Assembly (NCBI RefSeq): GCF_006345805.1
Contig: NC_043004.1
Location: forward strand, 74,090,001-74,154,000
Source: Octopus sinensis
Lineage: Eukaryota
Direction: 5' to 3'
DNA length: 64,000 bases
Part shown: in pieces, positions 27,299-40,515 of the stretch
How the letters are laid out: every line of letters starts with the position of its first letter
Numbering within the stretch: the stretch's first letter is position 1
Made by a program: the position numbers and the translations under genes
Notes under the pieces: generated by a model
Seen by the model: only the letters and a program-made list of their open reading frames with translations
Database searches by the model: none
Told to the model about the DNA's origin: nothing

Positions 27299-27570
27299 AG
27301 CACCCTAAACCATCTTTTATTTGTCTCCCAATTTTCTTTTTCTTTTGAATTGGAACATGTTTAGCGATTGTAGGACACGTTAACATGAATAAAACCGGCT
27401 TTAGTACATACTCGACAACTTTATCGATCGAATGTATATTTGTATGTGATCTTGGCCAGATCCGAACGCACAAGAGAGGATTCAAATAAATACTGTCAAA
27501 ATGTTTGTTTGCAAATTGAAATGGGAATGTGTGACGTTCATGCCTTTCCCAAGGAAAATTATAAACATGG
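27299..27570 (+). pseudogene. Possible decayed paralogue of PAN-like exon 1
   Basis: After ttctcacag| the frame reads SFICLPIFFFF*IGTCLA (signal-like), then STYSTTLSIECIFVCDL and, in a shifted frame, YCQNVC..MCDVHAF. This resembles EYTTSVIECAARC..YCNEKC..NCDCLSY of the gene at 36468. Manual alignment only. Confidence 0.35.
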
Positions 27571-30022
27571 CCTTTAGATCAAAATCACAATCACAACCCA
27601 ACTTCATCAGAATCTTAACTTCCTGACTGTTATTGTTTGACACACCTCTTTTGATTGCATTATAAATTATTCAGTACATTAAAAATTAAACAAATTGAAA
27701 GCGATCAATATATTGCGAAGTTGAAATATATTTTCTTTGTTCACCAATGGCATAGTTACATGTGGTCTGGTTCGATTAGTTTATTTGCAAAGATCGGTGG
27801 TTAGAAGTGGTCGTTCATACGAAAAACTAACAACGCTGGTGGTAAAAATTAACTTCTACTCTGGAGAGAAAAGAGAAACAATATCACATATTTAAGATTG
27901 TGTTCAAGAAAAGTGAAATAGACTGATGACAATTTCTAGAGCCTGAGGAAAAGTAAATTCAAGTTGTGTATCTCTCCTTAAAAGGGTAGAATAAATCTGA
28001 CGATATCGTTTTAAGAACATAGCATCATTTTCGAAACCAGAGCAAAAGAAATTTACTGTAAAGTTTCCGAAATTTGATCTTAAATTGAGAATAAAAGGAT
28101 AAAAGAAATTTAAAAAGTAACCTGCTCATCGAAACTGGAGAAAGAATCATTAAAAGGCAGAAGCTATCGCTTCCCATGAAACCGCTGTTTGGTCGAATTT
28201 CAGCTAATCTTCAAGCTTACTTAGCAACTTTGTAACAGACATAAATCTTAAGGTAAGTGGATTAATGATAATAAGAGACATAATAACAATTGTTTCTATA
28301 ATTCTATGTTGGAAATTACTGTCACCAATTTCTACTTTCCTTACATTAGATTTGCTATTATCATTTCGCATTTTCAGAGTGGAATGGAGAATGGTAGGTT
28401 TCTAAAAAGCATGGATCAACTAATAAAATATCTTCAGTATTCAGTCACCTACCTTCACGTTCTGATTTGAAATCCCACCGCGTTTTCTTTTCGGATGTCT
28501 GTCTGTCTTTCCGTCTCGTTGTGTTTTCTGTTTCTGATAGAAGTTGCTTTTATTTCTAGACAGAGGGGATTAAATGAAGGGATAGAACAATCCCTAACTA
28601 AATTCCACTATTTAGTCTTTATCTCTTTCGTAATTAAGAGTATAATAAAATTTCAAGTAATATAGACAAAGTCGATGCAATCGGTTATATATTTTTGCCT
28701 TGGAAAATAGCGATTTTGTACCTGCGTAAGAAATCCTCGTTTCTAGTTAACGAATATTATTTAAACCTACTAACCGAAATATTTTACGTCAACTATAACA
28801 ATTGAAATAGTTCATCTGTAAATTATGAAGGCGGAGAACAGTTGAAGAATACATTTCTTCTGAACAATGTAACACACTTTCTACATCTGTTATGAACTAA
28901 CAAAAACTTACAAATATTACTCAATTCTTATGTTTCAGTTTAAACGCTTCTGATCAAATTATTGTTTCTTTTTTATTCTACAAATAATTCATTCCAACTA
29001 CAATAAGAATATTATTCATCTATACCAGGACTGGATCCCAGCATTGTGGAAAGTTTTCACAAACACGAAGATATGACACACATATATTTCATTGACTTAG
29101 CAATAGCTTCAATATTGAGTCGTAGAAAATGCGTAAGAAATTATGTTGAGGGAATCTTAGCAAGTAATTTTTCTCGAAGAACGTATGTTTTCCACTGTTA
29201 ATTCTGAGTTCAAATCCCAACGAAGGTGACTTTGCTATTTGTTGTTTCGGGATAACTTACTGACACCATGTTGATGTCAGACCCTCTCTCTCTCTCATCT
29301 CTCTCTCTCTTTCTCTCAGTCTCTGTCTCTCTCTGTCTCTCTCTATCTCTCTTTGTCTCTCTGTTTTTCTCTCTTTTTCTCTCCCTCACTTTCTTTCTAT
29401 GTGACTTTCTGAAACAAAGTGGCAATAGTTAGATCTGGAGGGAGATGGGCTTCACCAGATTTGGAAGTAGCCACAATACACTGTATGCCCCGGCGATGCT
29501 CTTGTCACCTCAACAAAAGGTTCATGACTCATGGCAAGCAAACAGTTTATCTGAAAATAGAAAATAAAACCTTACAACATGCAAAATCCTTGATTGATTT
29601 GGAAAATAAAGAATAAAGTTTAAAATTTAGGAAAGCAATATACTCAGAGTTTAAATTTTGGTGTGAGTAGAGAGAATTTTATAGAACCATTCTTATAGTA
29701 GAAATTAATGAACCAAAAAATCAGAATTCTCGAGATATGATAGGATAATTATTTAAAAACTAAAACATTGTGTTAATGAATATCAACAAATAAACAGTTA
29801 AATTAGGGTTAACTCCGTTGAGTAGGTACAGAAGAAAATTAAGATATTGAATGAGAAAAGAATACTACAAGTTAACTTATATTTGGGTAGCTTTTTTTTA
29901 TTTGATCAACCAAAAAAGAACTCGAAGAAAATTAAAGAAAACTTTGAAAAGGTGGGAATAATCGAAATTGAAAAATTGCTGGACAGATTGAAACGTCTGT
30001 ATAGGGATAGTGGATGAATGGA

Positions 30023-30025
30023 TAA

Positions 30026-30097
<72 letters not shown>

Positions 30098-30148
30098 GTA
30101 GATAGATGGATGGATGGATGGATAGATAGATAGATAGATAGATAGATA
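30023..30148. repeat. (GATA)n microsatellite
   Basis: Visible directly. Others at 16330-16385, 30572-30666 and 54197-54315. Confidence 0.95.
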
Positions 30149-30450
30149 TGTTTCTTTATTAGCCACACAGGGCTGCACACAGATAGAACAAATTACAAGG
30201 TAGAGCTTTTCTTTTGAAGGTTTAAAAAAAAAAAGGAAGGGGGAGTTTCGATCAAAAGGGATCGTAAAAGGAGAGAAAGAGGATAAAAAAAGGGGGGTTA
30301 AAAAAAAGGGGGAGAGGAAAAAAAAATTGATCAATAGGGATCGTTATCACAGAAATGTCAATATGAAGTGTAAAGGGGAGGACAGGTGAGGTTTACCCGT
30401 GGAAAGAAAAGCCTACGGAAAAGACCACGGTAACCTCGGTCAATGGAGTC
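30148..30450 (-). mobile_element. 3' end of a Tx1/L1-like LINE (3' UTR)
   Basis: Minus strand ends ...CTGTGTGCAGCCCTGTGTGGCTAATAAAGAAAC at a microsatellite. Degenerate coding relics attributed to the same type occur at ~30950-32340, 34330-35800 (CLRC..ETI..CLVAMAK) and 50210-50800. Confidence 0.5.
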
Positions 30451-30572
30451 ACATGTTATATTTCTTTTTTTTTTTTTTTGCAAATAAGCAACTCTCTGTT
30501 TTCAATTTCTGGGTTCATAGGATCATGCTCAAGGTGGCTTCGTCATTCATACGTGCCATTCTTGCTACATTC

Positions 30573-30666
<94 letters not shown>

Positions 30667-33434
30667 TTAGAGAGAGAAAGAGGAATATTGATAGATAGGC
30701 AGACAGATATACAGATCTATGTATGCGGTTAGGTTATGGGACGAAGAGATAGAGCAATTTCGTTGTGCCACTCACGTCGGAACAATGATGACATCAGACA
30801 GAATACAACGAACAGAAGGAAAGTGGATGTGGAGGGATATATTTAAGGGATTATCGAGTGAAAATAAAGGGCAAGGACAGGCAAATAGCGGGGATCAGAA
30901 AGGCGAATACGGTAGTAGCGTTAGAGTGAATAGTTTACAAATCGATGATGTTGAATAATTATTAATTTAGAAATATGACTTTGTCAAATATAAATCATTA
31001 TACTATATTATTTTTTATATACCTCAAATATTTCCTCTCGAGTGGATCGTAGTATTCTCTTATTTTCATACTTAACATCTCTTAACTCATCTATTTTTAC
31101 TAATCTATTATAGGATGAATTTTAATAAAATCTCCATAATTAAGCAAAATAAACGTTTTCTTCATTCGATAATCATAATTCTTCTGTATATTTAAGATAA
31201 TAATAGTTCTTCTTTATATTTCTGCTCCTTAAATCTAAACTTAATTTGACACTGTTTTTCTTTTATTTTTCATTAACAATTAATTCATTACCAATAATCC
31301 CTACTTCAGCATGGCCTCGTTCTGATGGTGGAAACAAGTCAAAGATACAACTTCTTGATCTTTCAGAAATAATATAGCGTTTTCACTATTTATCTCCTCA
31401 TTATTCTTAATGGCAATTAATTTTAATCTAACACGGTTAATCCCTTATAATATTATAATGTCTTTCAGCTAAATCTTTTTGACATTCGTTTCCGTTATGA
31501 TTAAAATTAATTATATTCTGTCAAAACATTTCTTCTTTCGCCTCCTTTCTGCTATCTGGGTGCCATAATTTTTTATCCCATTTTGTGCCCTTAATCAAAA
31601 GTATCAAGTGTTCAGTCCCTTACATTTGCAACTTTTTTTCATCCTTTTCTCTCATCAACTTTAAAATTTCTACTCATTCAAATTGGATATTTTATTCCTG
31701 AAATTGATATTGCCAGCATCTAAAATTTATCTCTTTTCTCTTATATTTAACTCGAATATATTAACCCTAAATAACTCAACCACTAAAGATATCCTTCAAG
31801 CACACTAACCTGATAAAAGCACCTCTCGAAAAATCAAGGCCCTGCATACTAGTTTCATAGACAGAACATTTCATATTTCAGCTATAAATAACAACGCAAA
31901 CCCTATTGCCCCATATCCCATATCAAACCCAGCATTATCTCTAACTTCCCTTCAGCAAAATCAAAAGTCACTCGATGAGTTTCCCCAGTACTAGAAATAA
32001 CCCAAATTAGAATCATTAACATTTTCTTTTAACTCAACAATTTTACTAACCTCATTAAGCACACCCTTCCTACGATCAACAGGCACCTTATTAAAATCAA
32101 TTGTATCTTTACCGCATAAGAAAGCTCTCCGAACAACGCACAAACAGACCCCTAATAATTCATGTTAAGATTTAGAAAAGAAACCAGCCCCTATTACTGA
32201 ATAAACCCCAATACAAAAACTAAAATTATATTCATTCCCTACCGCCCATATATCCAAAACATATCTACGAATCTCTTATTATAAAAGGCAGATTTTATCT
32301 GCCTCCCTTTGGGAGTTATAGAAATCTACAATATAGGATTTCTTCAATTACAATTTACCTAGCATTTTTAAGAGTACAATGCATCGCGTCATGCCAGGTC
32401 CAGTTTTTTAAATTTAAACTCCAATTAAGCAAAATTTACAGAAAACTCACATTCTGGTGTGTGTGTCAAATGCTTTTCTTAGTCTGGTTTACACCACACG
32501 CAAACGCACACACACAGTGTGCAACGAATAAAATGAAAGTAAATAGCGACAGAGTGATTTGAGGAAGACTAAACTGAAAGTATTTAAACCACTACTCAAA
32601 AAATAAAAAAACACAGCAAACAGAAACAAATAAATACATAACCATTTCTTCCTCACACAATTTCTTCAATTAGAATTTACCTAAGATTTTTCAGAGTACT
32701 TCAGTGGGTGATGCCATAAAAAATTTCTTTCAATTTTACCACCAATTAAGACAAAATTCGAGAAAACTCAATATTTTAACATATCACTACGAAAGCATTG
32801 ATGTACATGTGTGCGTGCGTGAGTGTGTGTGTGTCATTCCTCACACACACGCATACACATAGATATACAACTACATACAACTACATACAAACACGTGTGT
32901 GTTTGTTATTAGTAAAAAAGGCGCCAAAACTCAACTCACTTATCATTCCAACACATTTGCCACATTTGCAAAGACACACGGACGGACAGAAAAGGTAAAT
33001 TGGTTTTTATTTTACTCTGTATATATTTTATTATATAATATTATATATAGATATATGTATATATAATTGCAGTATGAAACAGTGTTTATGTATAAACAGA
33101 CGACACTTATATATAGTTACCAAGCCGCCCGAATTTACCTATTCATATTTAAATGAGAATATCAGAGCAAATCTCTTTAGTACATTCGTGAAAACACGTA
33201 TTATACTTCGTAAACACTTCAACTACAGTTTTGTACAAAAATCGAAGTGTAATTTTAATTCCGTGAATTATGGGAGATTTTTTTCCGAAATTTGTTCCTA
33301 TTGTGTTTTCAAAATTTGTAATTCTGACAAAAAATGGATACGAATTTCATTATATCAAGCAGCGAGTCAGAATTCGAAGGATTTTCTACTGAAGACCTTC
33401 ATAAATCTAACTCTATGACTGAAAAAAAAAAGCA

Positions 33435-33827
33435 TCTTTATATAAGAGTGAAGTTGTGTGTCTGTCTCCTACGATTTAGATTCCTAACTACTCCCACATT
33501 TTGCGGTGCAGTTTAACCAAAAGCGGGTATCTTATAGTCGTGATTCATATCGAGCCCTTCTGGGTATTAGCGTGCGTCTACGATGAGTCTACGATTTAAA
33601 AAAATTTACCATCATATTTTTCCATTTTAATGCATTTTTTCGCTTTTATATAAGGGAAGTAACTCTCTAAAAATATCTACGATGTGTCAACGATTTTTAA
33701 AAAATTTACCTTAATTTGTTTTCAATTTTTAATGCATTTTTTTGCTATTTTTTTGCTATAACTCTCTAAAAATGCTTATATAGTTATTTCCCTTACAAAC
33801 CCGAGCAACGCCGGGCGATACTGCTAG
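33435..33827 (+). mobile_element. Non-autonomous Helitron
   Basis: Starts A|TC and ends CTAG|T. The subterminal GC-rich hairpin CCCGAGCAACGCCGGG (33800-33815) lies ~8 nt before CTAG. No TSD, and an internal duplicated block. Confidence 0.85.
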
Positions 33828-34329
33828 TATTGTATAATATTCACAAAATCGAAACGAAAAACAGCCTTATGAATGTTCAAATAAGAAAAGGAAAACAATG
33901 AATCAGAGTTGGTTTCACATAGTCTTTTCTAAATAATTCAATTCTATCTCATCAACGTTGTGAAATCCCCATAAATCCCATTTTAATAGGCTTCTTCACG
34001 CAATTGAAAATATATTTATTCTTTTCACTCAAAATAAAAATTAAATCGCTAATAATGCATAAATGCGAACTGCAACAAATAAAGAACTGTACTGAAGAAT
34101 TCGGGTGGGATAGTGTTGCTTAAGGTATAACAAAGGCGTGTATTTTATAATTCAGTCAATAAAGAAAAACAATGAGGGAAAATATTTATACCAAATTACT
34201 TCAGTTAATTACGTAAACCATTGAAATAGAGAAATTCCTTAAATCACTGTGTTATAAATGAGGAAATGGTTGTTACCAGAATTTAGACTTAAAAATATCA
34301 TTAGATGTTAAAGGAATAAGGAATATTAA

Positions 34330-35800
34330 TCCTAATAAAGATTAATTCGCAGAAGAAGTAAAACTTGAAAACATCAATGAGGTCTCTAACACAGAGAAAT
34401 GTTTTCGTCATCAGACCTTTCAGCTTTATCCATCAGATAAACACTTTCGCCATAGCCACCAGACAAATGTAAACTATTTTATTTGTCAGGTTAAAGGATA
34501 GCAGAGGGAAAATCATCACCATGGACTCGGTCAATAGATGGATTGGTCCCACACGATGTTCGACATAACTCCGAACACTGAACGAGTGCATATAGAATTG
34601 TTTCGTTGCTCTCGGCACATCTCAGACAAGTTCGTTTGAGGGCACATCGGAGGTTGTAGTGTTTATCTCGAACCAGTAACGCCCCTCAATAGCATGGCTA
34701 ATCAAAGGACTTTTGAAAATTATCTATGGTAGCCTCCAATCGGCAATTCTTCCTTAATAGAGTTAACCAGTTTGTTTTACCGAACGCCCGAAAGTCTCAC
34801 AGGAAAAAGTCATACTTCGTCACCACTAATTCTCTAAAGATTCCTGAAGTGGAACATCCACTGATCTCTTTGACCAACTTGTGGTCACTGGTGAATACCT
34901 CAAGATATAGTCTCGCTTTGCTCACCCCTTCGAGCTATGTCAATACATATGTCGTCCATATATGCTGACATGGCTTTGACACATCCCAGTACACAGCCAT
35001 TACTCCTCGAAACCTCTAAATTACGCGTGAGCGCTAAAGGTTAGAGAAAGGGTGAGTGGGCGAGCATTGACACATAATACTGGACGATTGCGTTAGATGA
35101 CTATGAGAAGATGTACCTATACATTGCAGCGAGTTATCCCCTAAAGACAGAACTGAAACCAGTCTCCGCGTTGACAACTCCCAAATATTGGTGGTTTAAG
35201 TCTATCAAAAGCTTTCAACTGACCTAAAATTGATCAAGACCACACTCATTTTAGGTTATTTATCTATGCTTTCTATGATATAATGTGTGATGTGTAGGTT
35301 GTCGTGAATATTTTTGGCTTGGTGGGGGTGAGGACACATATTTATGCCTCACCCAGTAGAGTGTTGACCACAAGTAATCAGCCTCTCGGTTAATACCTTG
35401 ACTGAAATGTTGAACTCTTTGCATTTGGCAGAAATACGGACCCGAAGTTGTCGAAGTCATCTATTTTGTTTGGTTTGGGTACTTTTTCGGCAGTGTCCCA
35501 TCACACATCTGTCAAGGCTAACCGTAAATGAGAAAATGACTAACAAAATTTGGCTGTTGTGGGCATTAAAGGGTGGAATTAGGTTAAGAATTTAGTTTGT
35601 GAAAGGATATGATATTTACGGTCAGCGACACAGGCGAAAAAGGAATCTGTTAGATTGGTTCTTTGAGAAGCTAGAGATGGGGTGTAGGTGATATTTATTA
35701 TACCAGGCTTAGAAAACTGGGTAGCTGAGAGAAGACCGAAGACAATGTAAGGATAAAGAATAAAGAAAAGTAAAAAGTGAAGAAATATATAAATGCATAA
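34330..35800 (-). mobile_element. Degenerate Tx1/L1-like LINE fragments
   Basis: zf-RVT-like CLRCAESNETI..VQC and CLVAMAKVFI on the minus strand, with many stops. Confidence 0.4.
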
Positions 35801-36467
35801 ATAAAGCCAATTAAGTATAGGGTCGGGGTTTAGGTTTCGCTAGTTAAGGCTAAAGATCAAACATAAGGCGATACTACAGTTCTTAGAGGTATTCAGAGGT
35901 TATAGGTTGAACTTTGGGGTGGAGGAGTACAAAGGAAATCAAATGGCTATTTCTAATTATTGTGGAATTGTAGTGATTTGTGCGATTTATTTATCTGGTA
36001 AAGGGAAAAGAAGTAGGATGTTGTTATAGATACGAATATGCTATATGGGATACTGGCAATCACATGTATTATGAGGACCTGTTTGTTTGGAAAGGAATTA
36101 TAATCTTAACAAACAAAGCATTTTTCACCTTGGTCGTTGACCGTAAATATATTACATCCTTTCACAAACTAAATTTTTAACCTAACTCCACCCCTTAATG
36201 CCCACAACGGCCAATTTTGTTGGACATTCTCTCATTTCACGGCAAGCAGCAGCAGACTTCAGCCACATCCCTGCTGTATTCTTGAGATATTCGTTTGCTT
36301 CTAAAATTGTGTTTCATCTGACGGTTACGGTTTTTTTTTTCAATGAAGTAATGTTCCCATTCTTCTATTTTAAAAATGGAGTGTATCAACAACGTACAAT
36401 CAACGTAACTTCTGCTTTGGACCAGCCATTAGGCGTTTAATATTCTATGTATGTATATTTTTCAGGA

Positions 36468-36801
36468 ATGAAGGTGTCAAATCAATACAATATGATTGTC
36501 AGTCTCCGGCAAGTCTTCACAATTATTTTTCTCGTCATATTGAATTTGAAATCTGTTGAATCAAACAAAATCGAACAACTTTTTAGAGAAACAACCACAT
36601 CAAGATGCTTGAATGTTCCAAGTGCAGCATCCGAATATACGACATCCGTCATAGAATGTGCAGCACGGTGTATGATGAATGAAGAATGCGGTTACTTTAG
36701 CTATTGTAACGAAAAGTGCAAAATTTTTAAATTGTTCTACGACGAAAACATTGACGATATAAATTGCGACTGTTTGTCATATATGAAACACTCCGCAAGC
36801 A
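36468..36801 (+). CDS. Secreted PAN/apple-like protein, coding exon 1
   Basis: Acceptor ttttcag|GA then ATG. Hydrophobic leader VFTIIFLVILNLKSVES and eight Cys (RCL..ECAARCMMNEEC..YCNEKC..NCDC). Donor A|gtgagt, phase 1. Confidence 0.8.
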
Positions 36802-37766
36802 GTGAGTAAATGAAGTCTTCCTTTTTTTCTTGTTGCCTTTTCTTATTTCATTTCCACCATTAATCGCTTGCAATGTACTTAACCGCCTGAATATCAGGTG
36901 CCACTCTTCTTGCTCTGGTGATTTGTTCGTTTGATTCATTCAGTTATTATATATCGTTTCTCTTATATCAGAAAATAGTAAACTTGACAGTCCATATCTT
37001 TTCACAAAGACACATGAGTCAAATAATAAATCACGCATAGTACGGAATTGCTTTTTTAATGTAAAGTTTGGTTTAATCCTTTTAGAAAGTTAGGTGGGTA
37101 TGTTCTGTGTGAATGACGAAATCAGTTTCTCGGAAAACTACTTGAGCGTAATTGCTAATTTCTTTTTCGTTTTCTACTAGTTTCGCCCATTTCGTAATTG
37201 TAATTAATTAGTAGTTGTACAACATACATTGAAACCCTGACCAGATATATTAGAGTATCGTTCCTAGGATTTCATTCGTGACATTCTGATTAGTATTAAA
37301 CGAAATATGAGAGCGAGAAAAGGCAGTATTAGTAAAAATGGCGATCGAAATACATTGCATTATTTAGTGAAGCCACTTCCCTTTCGGAATTCAAATCCTG
37401 TCACAATTAACGTGGTATTTCTTCCTTCTGAGGCCTTTAAAGTAAGTACCAGCTCAATAAAGTGGCCCTTCTAAAAGATTGATCCTCTTTCTAAATGTAT
37501 ACCGTTGTGTCCACATTAGAAATCAATATTGGGGGAAATATTTCAATCTAAAATAAGCCAAGAAATTAGGCACTTCGAACGTAGAACGCATTGTCTGCAG
37601 CCCGGCTTTTCTATTTCATTCAGTACAGTAACAGGGATTTTAGATGGTTCGCTACAAATACATTAAGAATTTATGTATGATATAATGGGATCTGCTGAGT
37701 AAATTTCATTTTATTGATAAACACAATGGTTAAATCTATACCTTTGTTCATTATGCTATGCTTTAC

Positions 37767-38373
37767 TTTTTTCTTATTTCTTTACTGCCCACAAGGGGCT
37801 ACACACAGAGGGGACAAACAAGGATAGACAAACGGATTACGTCGATTATATCGACCCCAGTGCGTAACTGTTACTTATTTAATCGACCCCGAAAGGATGA
37901 AAGGTAAAGTCGACCTCGGCGGAATTTGAACTCAGAACGTAGCGGCAGACGAAATACCTATTTCTTTACTGCCCACAAGACGCTACACACAGAGGGGACT
38001 AACAAGGAGAGACAGACGGATTAAGTCGATTATATCGACCCCAGTGCGTAACTGCTACTTAATTTATCGACCCCGAAAGGATGAAAGGCAAAGTGAACCT
38101 CGTGGAATTTGAACTCAGAACGTAACAGCAGACGAAATACCTTTTTTTTTACTACCCACAAAGGGCTAAACACAGAGGAAACAAACAAGGACAGACAAAC
38201 AGATTAAGTCGATTATATCGACCCCAGTGCGTAACTGCTACTTAATTTATCGACCCCCGAAAGGATGAAAGAGAAAGTCGACCTCGGCGGAATTTGAACT
38301 CAGAACGTAGCGACAGACGAAATACCGTTAAGCACTTCGCCCGGCGTGCTAACGTTTCTGCCAGCTCGCCGCC
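37767..38373 (-). mobile_element. tRNA-derived SINE trimer (one head plus three ~184-bp body/tail units) with a 16-bp TSD
   Basis: Units start near 37777, 37961 and 38143. A-box-like TGGCAGAAACGTTAG and B-box-like GAGTTCAAATTCC. TSD TTATGCTATGCTTTAC at 37751-37766 and 38374-38389. Confidence 0.9.
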
Positions 38374-39069
38374 TTATGCTATGCTTTACGTTTTTCTGTG
38401 ACTGCTATGCACTAACCTTTTGTTGATTGAATTGTCGATTTATTGTTCGTCAATTCAACCTTACAAATACTATATTGCATCAGTCTTAACACTTCACAGA
38501 CGCACACATTATACATGCATTATCTCCACACATAAGGTAGACCTGGTTTCCATGAACAGATACCCTGAAAATATAACCAGAACACAATTATTAAACATAT
38601 TAAGTAAGAGAAAGTCATAACAACAAAACTATGAAAAAAAATACCAGCACGAGCCTTTCTAATCTTTAACTTTCTCACGTATTTACCACATCCATACAGC
38701 ATTGCTGAAACTATATCTGAAGTAAGAGTTTTGTTTTTCATTGTCCTCCGATATGGGTATTCTTTGTAATGGTCACAGAAAGCCCCCCGTTAGTCCATTT
38801 CTCAGCTATTCTGAACGGTGTCACTAACAGGGCAAGGAAATGATTTATATAAACATGTCCTTCTCTATGCTTGCTATGCTAGAGAATCACGGGGTAAAAC
38901 AAATCTACCTTGCTAAGGGTACATTGTAGCTCAGTGCTCCTCATACAACTGGATAAATTTCTGGTTTACGAATCCATGACTCATGAACAAAACAACTCAA
39001 CTAAAACCATCAAATTAACGACAATTGTCAGGTATCAAAATCCATGATAATATCTAATGATGCTCTAGG

Positions 39070-39260
39070 GTGGGGAGCTAACACGCCAGACAAAATGCTT
39101 AGTGGTGTTTCGTCCATTTCACGTTCTGGATTCAAATTCTGCCGAGGTAGACATGGCCTTCCATTCTTTCGGGCTCGATAAAATACGCACCAGTTGAGTT
39201 AAGAAGTGGTGTCAATTTAATCGAGTTAACCCCTTTCCCCGAAATTTATGGCCAATATAT
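39070..39260 (+). mobile_element. tRNA-derived SINE (same family as the trimer)
   Basis: GTTCTGGATTCAAATTCTGCCGAGGT...CCATTCTTTCGGGCTCGATAAAATACGCACCAG. Further decayed copies at ~29130-29275, 44190-44340, 47540-47740, 47880-48020 and 56010-56200. Confidence 0.7.
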
Positions 39261-40423
39261 TATGACTCGCCACATGTATACATTTGGCAAGGTTCTATTT
39301 CAGAGTTTGTATTTTTTTTCTTTTTAGATTCAAGAAATATTTCAGTTTAATAAGTTACTAACTTACTACAAAACGAAAGAAAGACAGAGTTGCTCACATT
39401 TATGAAACGGTGCTTCTGCTATATTCACAAAATATCTATGACTGCATAGAAAGGTTTATACGGTTGATTTACGACGATTCAAAGCATTAGAAACGTTTTA
39501 ATCAGTTCCAATAATGTAATACTTAAATCAAATTAATTGAAGAAAGCCAATTCTTCAACAGATGCTGTATCATTACATAGCATTTCTTTTAACGAATGGT
39601 AGCTTTGGTAGTTTCCCAGTAAGATTCGAGCTCGAAGGTTATAGTTAGTTACTTAACTAATATTACTAAATCAGCTCTTTTACACGTGCATGCCTTCTCT
39701 GATCTATTTTCTAAGCTATTTCTAGTTTTTTTTACGCCAAACCGTGCAGACTTTTGTACATTGATTTAGTCATTCTCACGCTGTAATTTAGGGAAGTACA
39801 AAAAGACTATGCTAATGAAGTTTCAAGTAGACCGTAACTTATCAGGATTTAACTTCCTCTAAGATAATTAAAAATATAATTTAAAACCTAATAACTTTAT
39901 ATTTCATGGGCTAATTATTCCTTGATAATGCTTTTTGATGTTTCTATTTTTCTTTTCCTTTACCAGGGCTTGATTCCCTCACAAGGGGGTAGCCACAAGA
40001 CACACTCCAGATATTCCATTCATTTTCCAGCTCAAAGAGGCGAGCCCCGTCCTATGCTTTGGTCAAGGCATACAAAGCAACCCTCGATATCAGCAACGGA
40101 GCCCGACAGCATATGCTGGTTTACCCCCGCCACGTTAAATATATTAACATTAAATGAGCTATTGCTTTTCAAGCAGATGGCGTCTATAGGAATTGCTTTC
40201 ATGTTTATATTTTAACTGACGAATTTTTTATCCGTTAAACTTTATTCATTACTCTTTCAATAAAATATTGTATCGATTTGTTTTACTGAGTCATAAAAAC
40301 AGTCTTTCCCGATCGTTCGATCTGCTAGAAATATTACTTCTTTAAAATCTGAATAAAGTTTAGTTAAAAATCTTCTTGCCTATTCCTTTACATTTAAAAC
40401 ATTTTTTTTTATTACACGTGCAG

Positions 40424-40515
40424 GTACAAGCTGGCAGAAAGTATTTGAGATGAACAATAACACGTTTAAAAGGAGTCCGATATATAAATACTGGAACATC
40501 TTGCCTATTGAAAAG
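40424..40515 (+). CDS. PAN-like protein, coding exon 2
   Basis: ttttattacacgtgcag|GT...AAG|gtaata. 92 nt, phase 1-0, encoding TSWQKVFEMNNNTFKRSPIYKYWNILPIEK. Confidence 0.78.

Noticed and set aside
26115-29131. Small + strand exon candidates (26115-26189, 26240-26281, 26862-26905, 28379-28394, 29029-29131)
   Set aside because: Splice-like signals are present, but I could not join them into a phase-consistent, recognisable protein.
34375-34420. CUGAUGA-C-GAAA hammerhead-like string on the minus strand
   Set aside because: No helix II, poor helix I, and it sits within LINE coding relic.
37767-38373. CRISPR-like or satellite array
   Set aside because: The units are whole SINE bodies without unique spacers, flanked by a TSD in a eukaryotic context.
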